From: Methanobacteriota archaeon
Lineage (GTDB): Archaea > Halobacteriota > Methanosarcinia > Methanosarcinales > Methanoperedenaceae
Assembly: GCA_043729865.1 (NCBI GenBank)
Contig: JAYTKX010000014.1
Coordinates: forward strand, 1-18,018
Reading direction: 5' to 3'
DNA length: 18,018 nt
Shown here piece by piece: positions 7,424-12,864 of the stretch. The notes beneath the pieces are model-generated. The model ran no database searches and was not told where the DNA came from. It saw only the letters and a list, made by a program, of their open reading frames with translations. Positions within the stretch are counted from its first letter, which is position 1; every line of letters begins with the position of its first letter. The position numbers and the translations under genes were made by a program.

Positions 7424-7569
7424 AAAAAGGGTACATGGAGAGGATTAAGGACATGGGAATAGGAATAGTATTCATAGTTATAGGCATATTTTTTGCTGTA
7501 TTGATGTTATGGTGGTTAATATATAATATTTTTATTTCCTTTTTTTGTCATTACTCTGCAGCTATGTGA
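7420..7569 (+). CDS. Small single/double-TM protein (49 aa), probably the N-terminal piece of a frameshifted membrane protein gene
   Basis: My read is MKKGYMERIKDMGIGIVFIVIGIFFAVLMLWWLIYNIFISFFCHYSAAM*. A 1-nt change in the T7 run at 7540-7546 would fuse it to the 7545 ORF. Confidence 0.35.
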   Translation: MKKGYMERIKDMGIGIVFIVIGIFFAVLMLWWLIYNIFISFFCHYSAAM

Positions 7570-7822
7570 ACCTGCCTGTCAAGAAGGTCATGTCGGATTT
7601 GCCTGTAATGCCAGGCAATGGGATTGAGTCTCATTGGTCAGGTTGTCCTATAATCGCCTATATCATAGGCACGCTCGGATGCCTGATCGGTGTTGATATA
7701 TTGAACTTGAAAAAATTACCTGACCTGGGAGTGAAAGTGGTTTCGACTGGAGAGCGGGTACATTTGATGCAATATTCTTGACGGGTATAATATCCGTACT
7801 TCTATTCTCTGTGGTTTTTTAA
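7545..7822 (+). pseudogene. Frameshifted membrane protein gene, C-terminal part with a GGAGTFD-IFLTGI-type motif (DUF1614-like from memory)
   Basis: The track ORF 7545-7781 ends ...GVKVVSTGERVHLMQYS*. Shifting one nt at ~7750 (actggag-agcggg) gives ...VVSTG(G)AGTFDAIFLTGIISVLLFSVVF*, ending at TAA 7820-7822. That is a far more protein-like hydrophobic C-terminus. The family assignment is tentative. Confidence 0.35.
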
Positions 7823-7851
7823 GCTAGAAGATAATAAAAAGTCTCCTGGTA

Positions 7852-8499
7852 TCAAGTTCCCCCGATATCAATGACCCCCGGTATCATCCCTATCAGCTTT
7901 TGCGTCCACTTGAGTTTCTTCTTCTTCATCTCCGTCACTTTTTCATCATTGAAATCAAATCCTGCAAGCGTGATGCTCCCTGCGCCAAAGGCATGCGCGA
8001 GAAATACGCACCTGTCCCCATCGCTCAACCCGCCGAAGTTATGGACATTACCCAGCGGCGCTGCCTGTGTTGTTCCGATGACATCCCCCATATTCTTTAC
8101 CGCCTCAAGCCTTTTCATATTATCCCCATGGGCATGTACGACCATGAACGCGCCTTTTCTTCCTGCTTCTATTTCGTCCGGTATATATCCGTCAAGGTCG
8201 GTAACGATGATATCAGGGACAATCCCTTTTTCAAGAAGCGTGCTCGTCGCGCCGTCAGCGGCGATGATCACGTATTTGTCCGCGGTGATCCTGTCAAGGT
8301 CGCCTGAGAGCGTTAGGGCATTACCGCATACCAGAACATCTTTTCCTTCGAGCTTTTTCTTCAGTATGGATACATTGCTGGCTTTCCTGGTGAGAAGGCG
8401 GGATAATAGCATAGCAGACTCCTCATCTTTCTCCCTGCTCCAGCCGAAATCAAGGAGTATCTCCTCGTATATTGGTTCCCAGTGTTTAAAATCCATCAA
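7852..8499 (-). CDS. mptE: 6-hydroxymethyl-7,8-dihydropterin pyrophosphokinase, MptE-like (DUF115 family; methanopterin/folate-type pterin biosynthesis)
   Basis: The 215-aa ORF carries VLVCGNALTL, IIAADGATSTLLEKGIVPDIIVTDLDG and VVHAHGDN, the DUF115/MptE hallmark pattern. Confidence 0.75.
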   Translation of the reverse strand: MMDFKHWEPIYEEILLDFGWSREKDEESAMLLSRLLTRKASNVSILKKKLEGKDVLVCGNALTLSGDLDRITADKYVIIAADGATSTLLEKGIVPDIIVTDLDGYIPDEIEAGRKGAFMVVHAHGDNMKRLEAVKNMGDVIGTTQAAPLGNVHNFGGLSDGDRCVFLAHAFGAGSITLAGFDFNDEKVTEMKKKKLKWTQKLIGMIPGVIDIGGT

Positions 8500-8743
8500 T
8501 CAGATTGCGACTTGAAAGATATATATAGTTTTATTTCGTTTGATAAAAAGATGGTCAGGGTAAGATCAGCATCTCGAAAGCGGCAGATGATGCAGGATTG
8601 ACCATCGGGGAAATTGAAGAATATATGGTAAGGGAAGGTTTCAGATCTAAGTATTCGGTTGCGGATTTAAAGAGAGATACGGTCTATCTCATAAGCAATT
8701 GGTTTATATATAATACCAAACAGATTCCAGATAGTTGATAATT

Positions 8744-8962
8744 ATGCCAGAAACTATGACACAAAATAAGATGGTCATAAGCTTTGATGCATTTAATAAT
8801 TTAAAAAAATTAAAAGATGAACTGGAAGCTCTGATCGAAACCATTGAAATAATGAATGATGAAACCCTTATGAAAGGGATTAAACGGTCCAGAAATGATG
8901 TCAAAGCAGGCAGAATACATGAGATAAAAAGCGCTGACGAGCTTGATGAAATCTGGACATGA
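8744..8962 (+). CDS. Type II antitoxin, RelB / Phd-YefM-like
   Basis: MPETMTQNKMVISFDAFNNLKKLKDELEALIETIEIMNDETLMKGIKRSRNDVKAGRIHEIKSADELDEIWT. The ETIEI-x-D-x-LM-x-IKRS-x-DVKAGR tail is typical of archaeal RelB/YefM-type antitoxins. The stop overlaps the downstream ATG (ATGA at 8959-8962). The track opens the ORF at TTG 8735. Confidence 0.65.
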   Translation: MPETMTQNKMVISFDAFNNLKKLKDELEALIETIEIMNDETLMKGIKRSRNDVKAGRIHEIKSADELDEIWT

Positions 8963-9120
8963 ATCTGATATACACGGAGGAATTCAAAGAGGATTTAAAG
9001 AAGGTAAGGGATAAAAAAATCCAAAGTGTTAGAATTCCGCCTTTTCGGGTTCTATATGAGTTCAAGAGTGACATTATTATCCTGCATAAGTTCGAGCATA
9101 GAAAGAAGGTTTACAGGTGA
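8959..9120 (+). CDS. RelE/ParE-family toxin, abnormally short (53 aa; apparent internal deletion)
   Basis: It falls below the track cut-off. My read is MNLIYTEEFKEDLKKVRDKKIQSVRIPPFRVLYEFKSDIIILHKFEHRKKVYR*. The N-terminal F-x-x-DLKK-x-DKKIQ and C-terminal RV-Y-x-x-x-x-IIIL-x-x-x-HRK-VY blocks match RelE. About 25-30 residues usually found between them are missing. Confidence 0.55.
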   Translation: MNLIYTEEFKEDLKKVRDKKIQSVRIPPFRVLYEFKSDIIILHKFEHRKKVYR

Positions 9121-9394
9121 TGCGAGCATATCATATCAAAACGAACCGTGATTAAAATATTTTCAAATGTTGCGGCGCCGATAGGAAATATGCAATCTCA
9201 TTCTATCGAAAAAAACCGCAGATGAACGCGGATACCACATGCGACGTGACCATTGATTTCCGTTAAAAAACACTTTCACTCCGCTTTCAAAAGATATATA
9301 AGGAGATAAGTGGTTCATGAAGTAGCAGCCGCATAAAAACGGGATTAAAGCGACTGCATAAAGTAGTGTGACTGGCGATGATAGATTGAATTCA

Positions 9395-9499
9395 GGTATC
9401 GGAACTTATGGTGTAAAGCCCGCCTATGGGAGTGGGGAGGAGTGTGAGGATTGGAGGCGGGAGAGCGTGTGGATGGAGGGTGATGGTAAGTGATTGAGG
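9395..9499 (-). pseudogene. Possible decayed 5' fragment of a second cas6-like gene, inverted relative to the cas operon
   Basis: The minus-strand frame reads PQSLTITLHPHALPPPILTLLPTPIGGLYTISSDT*, with no start codon because the AT-rich cassette begins where one would be. It resembles the Cas6 N-terminus at 15083 (NLKTFTLTLASTRPIQGTSSQLRGFF). The DNA is also about 20/25 identical to the reverse complement of 15088-15112. Composition bias (G-rich) weakens this call. Confidence 0.25.
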
Positions 9500-9508
9500 C
9501 GATAAGAA

Positions 9509-11233
9509 TTGAATGAAGCTTTAATAGAAGTCAAATTTCCAAAACTAAATCATTTCTGGATGGATTCTGGATTATTGGGATTATATCAAATCGCAAAAAA
9601 TGAAAAATCTGGAGAAATGGGAGTTGAAATAAAATTAAACGATGATGGAGTTTTATTCAAAGGAACCGAAGCCAATTTAGATACATTTTTTCACAAGACC
9701 TATGATTCTCTTTTAGCTCAATACTACAATACTTCTACCCAGAAGCAAAAAGAAGAGAATAAAGGGTTTTACTACGATTCCAAAGAGGATAAATTCATTC
9801 GTTTTCCCAAAGTAAAATCAATGGGAATTGCAGGTTTAATTTTTAATAAAGCTCCAAGACCAACTAAACAAGAAGTAAAATATGAAGAAAAGGAATTAAT
9901 CGAATCAGGAAAGAAAATAAAAAAGGAAATCCTGCCTGCTGATCATGCACATTTACAAGAACGTCTTGATAATTTTCTAGCCGAGACTGATATAAAAATC
10001 GGGTCTTCAAGTCTTCTTAAAGATGGCCCTAATGCGATACAACCACAGGTGGAAATAAATTTGAAAAATAAGACGGGGAAAGAAAAAGGAAAATGTTTTT
10101 TTTGTGGAAATTCCTCCCATTTAAGCGAAATCGGTGGTACAGTTTTCCCCATGATTTCCGGGTCTTCAGGGGCACTTTCATTTAATACATGTGGTGGCAA
10201 ACCAGAGAAAGTTTGTTGGATGTGTGATTTCATTGGAAAATTTGTTCCTGTTAACGGTTTCTATACTATAAATAATGGGAATTATCACATGTATTTTCCA
10301 TATTCACCAAGTTTAGAAAAAATGAACGATGTGATTACTAATTTGCAGGCAATTAAAATAGAAGATCCAAAGTTTCTTCGAAATTTTAATCATCAACTTG
10401 GAGGTTATTTTCAGAGACCATTTGAGCAATTGTTTTCTTTTTTGTATTCATTATATCGAATTGTTATGACCAGAAAAAGAGCTGGTTCGACAAATGAAGA
10501 TTATGAACTTGATTTTGAAAAATTATTTGAAATTACGCTTTCTAAAGCCCCAATTGAATTTTATATCTTATATACTGAGGCTCTCGGTGACACGCAAATG
10601 GGAAAAATGATATGGCCTTTCCAGGATTCAGTTTATCTATTCAGATTATTTGATCACCTTGAAAGAAATAAAATCAACATAAAAGATGCAATGACTCTTT
10701 TTATCGATTTTGATCAACCAAAGAACGAAAGTAAAACCATTGTTAGAAATAGAATATGTGAACGAATTTTACGAAAGCAAAGTATCGTGGAACTTGTAGA
10801 ACCACATATTTTTCGAATTAATAAATCTAAAATTCAATATATTAAACCAATAAATGATTTCGTTATATTATATGAGAAAATATTAAATGAAGAAGGAGGC
10901 AAAATGAATCAGGAAATAATCGATACGGCGGTTAGCTTAGGTAAAACTATTGGAAAAAGTGTTGGTCCATATGGAAAGAAAGGCAAAGGAGACCTTTTCA
11001 GATTAAGAAAAACAAGAAAACCGGAGGATTTTCTTAATGAAATTAATAGAATCCAGCTTAAATATAGTGCATTGGTAACAGCAGATTTATACAATAAAGG
11101 GCAAGATTTTAGAGATAATTTTGCAGAATTCAAACAATTCTGTATGATTGCAGCTTTAAACACATTTAATGCTGCAAATCGAGAAGAACAAAATAAAGAT
11201 ATTAATATAGAAACAAAGGAGGTAAAAGCATGA
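9509..11233 (+). CDS. cas8b: Type I-B large subunit Cas8b (Cst1-type, CXXC-CXXC family)
   Basis: The 574-aa ORF is first in the cassette, directly upstream of cas7-cas5-cas3. It has two CxxC pairs (KCFFCGNSS ... KVCWMCDFIGKF), as in the Cst1 family, and the N-terminus HFWMDSGLLGLYQIA is of Cst1 type. The only in-frame start near the ORF opening is TTG 9509, with GAGG at 9496-9499. Confidence 0.8.
   Translation: MNEALIEVKFPKLNHFWMDSGLLGLYQIAKNEKSGEMGVEIKLNDDGVLFKGTEANLDTFFHKTYDSLLAQYYNTSTQKQKEENKGFYYDSKEDKFIRFPKVKSMGIAGLIFNKAPRPTKQEVKYEEKELIESGKKIKKEILPADHAHLQERLDNFLAETDIKIGSSSLLKDGPNAIQPQVEINLKNKTGKEKGKCFFCGNSSHLSEIGGTVFPMISGSSGALSFNTCGGKPEKVCWMCDFIGKFVPVNGFYTINNGNYHMYFPYSPSLEKMNDVITNLQAIKIEDPKFLRNFNHQLGGYFQRPFEQLFSFLYSLYRIVMTRKRAGSTNEDYELDFEKLFEITLSKAPIEFYILYTEALGDTQMGKMIWPFQDSVYLFRLFDHLERNKINIKDAMTLFIDFDQPKNESKTIVRNRICERILRKQSIVELVEPHIFRINKSKIQYIKPINDFVILYEKILNEEGGKMNQEIIDTAVSLGKTIGKSVGPYGKKGKGDLFRLRKTRKPEDFLNEINRIQLKYSALVTADLYNKGQDFRDNFAEFKQFCMIAALNTFNAANREEQNKDINIETKEVKA
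10904..11233 (+). CDS. cas11: Candidate internally translated small subunit (Cas11b-like, 109 aa) nested in-frame in the cas8b 3' end
   Basis: GGAGG at 10895-10899 lies 4 nt before in-frame ATG 10904, within codons NEEGGK-M-NQEII. The product MNQEIIDTAVSLGKTIGKSVGPYGKKGKGDLFRLRKTRKPEDFLNEINRIQLKYSALVTADLY... has small-subunit size and helical character. No separate cas11 gene is present in the locus. Confidence 0.4.
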   Translation: MNQEIIDTAVSLGKTIGKSVGPYGKKGKGDLFRLRKTRKPEDFLNEINRIQLKYSALVTADLYNKGQDFRDNFAEFKQFCMIAALNTFNAANREEQNKDINIETKEVKA

Positions 11234-12114
11234 AAACTGCAAAAGCATTGACCCTGACATATTTAACTCCGGTATCATTTGCCTCGTTAAATGGATCAGA
11301 TAAAGAAGCAGATAATATATCAAATATTAAAAAAATATCTGTTGGTGTTGAACAATTTCCGTATGTTTCATCTCAGGCGGTGAGAAGAGCATTGAGAAAT
11401 CAATTGGAGGTATTAGGAAGACCGCTATCAGAAGGAGTTGCTGCAAAAATATCAAAAGGAGCCGCAACAACAAAACAGGAACCTGAAAATTATATTGATG
11501 ATGATTTGTTTGGGTATATGGGAACTGAAAGCGCAGAAGGAAAAACCAAGGGAAAAGCTACTAAACGTACTTCTGTCGTTCGTGTGTCTCCTTTGTTAGC
11601 TCTTACTCCGTATCAAGCAGATCTTGATTTTGGGACAAATTATATGAGTGTGAAAGCTGGCGGCGATCCAAACATTTTTGAGACAGAGATTCATTCAGGT
11701 ATTTATAGAGGTTCAATTCTTATTGAACTTGATAGAGTTGGATCAGGTGATGGTTTTGAAAAGCCATTAGACAATAAAGAAAAAGCAGCAAGAGTGAAAG
11801 ACCTTCTTCTTGCAATAAAAAACTTATGGGCTTCAGGGAGACAAACCCGATTCCTTGCAGATATTTCTCCGAAATTCATCGCAGCAGCCATGCTTAAAAC
11901 CAAGAATCCGATATTTCTCGAAAGCGTCCAGGTTGAAGGCAAAAAATTAAATGTTGATATGATAAAAGAAACTCTAAAAGATTACAAATCAGAGACTTTA
12001 GCTTCAGTAATTGGGCAACGAAAAGGTGTTTTCATTAATGAGTTTGAGAATTCGAAACCTATTGGAGAAGCTTTCGATGAAATAGCAAAATGGATAGACC
12101 AACACTACGTATAG
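11230..12114 (+). CDS. cas7: Type I-B Cas7 (Cst2/DevR-like backbone subunit)
   Basis: The 294-aa ORF carries SFASLNGSDKE..., PYVSSQAVRRALRNQLE, DDDLFGYM and KRTSVVRVSPLLAL, the canonical Cas7 blocks. An ATGA overlap links it to cas8b. Confidence 0.9.
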   Translation: MKTAKALTLTYLTPVSFASLNGSDKEADNISNIKKISVGVEQFPYVSSQAVRRALRNQLEVLGRPLSEGVAAKISKGAATTKQEPENYIDDDLFGYMGTESAEGKTKGKATKRTSVVRVSPLLALTPYQADLDFGTNYMSVKAGGDPNIFETEIHSGIYRGSILIELDRVGSGDGFEKPLDNKEKAARVKDLLLAIKNLWASGRQTRFLADISPKFIAAAMLKTKNPIFLESVQVEGKKLNVDMIKETLKDYKSETLASVIGQRKGVFINEFENSKPIGEAFDEIAKWIDQHYV

Positions 12115-12123
12115 AGGAGATGT

Positions 12124-12864
12124 ATGTTCCTTTTTTCAATTAAAGGGATTGCAACAACTGCCTCTTTCCGCATACCTGAGACTCATACATTCCATCAAAC
12201 CTTACCTTTGCCACCTAAAACAACAATTGTTGGTATGATAGGTGCAGCTTTAGGATTAAACTTAGAAAATGCACATAAACATGTTGATCAAAAGAATATT
12301 TTGGTTAGCGTGTACGGTAAGCATAAAGGGATGATGAAAGACCTCTGGAATTACAGGAAACTAACTGGTAAAGAGAAAAATTATACAAATGAGGATATAA
12401 AAAATCGCAGACAATACAGTATTTTAATTAGGGAATATCTCTGCTATAATGATTTTTTTATCTATTTTGCATCTGAAAAAATTGAACCAGTTGAAGAATT
12501 AAGGGAAGCAATCCTTTCACCAGTTTATGCATTAACAGCAGGAAATAGTGATGACCTTCTTAAAATTTGTAAAATCTCTGAGATTTCATCAGTAAATGCA
12601 GAAAAAATTAATCAATTTGAGTCTACGATAATACCAGGGGATGTCTCGAAATCTTATAAACCCGATATTGATTTCAATTCAATTCCTATAACAACAACGG
12701 TATATACTCCACAGGTATTTCTTTTGCCAACCAGATTTGAGTTCAAAGGGGAAGAAAGGAGGGTGGTCGAAAGAAAGTCATTTACCTTTGTTAGTTCGCC
12801 TGTAATTATTGAAAATGCAATTGAGGGTTATGTTATAGATGGTAAAAAGGTTGTCCTTCAATGA
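12124..12864 (+). CDS. cas5: Type I-B Cas5
   Basis: The 246-aa ORF starts MFLFSIKGIATTASFRIPETHTFHQTLPLPPKTTIVGMIGAALGL, the hallmark Cas5 N-terminus. GGAG at 12115-12118 precedes the ATG. Confidence 0.85.
   Translation: MFLFSIKGIATTASFRIPETHTFHQTLPLPPKTTIVGMIGAALGLNLENAHKHVDQKNILVSVYGKHKGMMKDLWNYRKLTGKEKNYTNEDIKNRRQYSILIREYLCYNDFFIYFASEKIEPVEELREAILSPVYALTAGNSDDLLKICKISEISSVNAEKINQFESTIIPGDVSKSYKPDIDFNSIPITTTVYTPQVFLLPTRFEFKGEERRVVERKSFTFVSSPVIIENAIEGYVIDGKKVVLQ

Noticed and set aside
7871-8515. Plus-strand ORFs 7871-8515 (214 aa) and 7900-8307 (135 aa)
   Set aside because: They lie antisense to the mptE-like gene, whose frame carries the TDLDG and HAHGDN motifs. The antisense products are Ser/Pro-rich nonsense.
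7621-8601. Isolated handle-like strings GGATTGA at 7621-7627 and AGGATTGA at 8594-8601, resembling the repeat 3' end
   Set aside because: These are single 7-8-nt matches inside coding or fragment sequence, with no flanking repeat similarity or periodicity. Matches of this length are expected by chance.
8547-8738. An open frame GKISISKAADDAGLTIGEIEEYMVREGFRSKYSVADLKRDTVYLISNWFIYNTKQIPDS* just upstream of the antitoxin
   Set aside because: It looks like an HTH-containing fragment, but the only ATG leaves 37 codons (8625) and the only other start is TTG 8598. I cannot assign a family, so I have not called it as a gene. It may be another gene remnant or a third TA component.
9428-9480. A G-rich tract with several GGG/GGGG runs, considered as a possible G-quadruplex upstream of cas8b
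   Set aside because: The G3+ runs (9428-9430, 9434-9437, 9459-9461, 9478-9480) are separated by loops of ~16-21 nt, outside the canonical G3N1-7 pattern. The G-richness is better explained as the antisense of a Pro/Leu/Thr-rich cas6-like coding relic.
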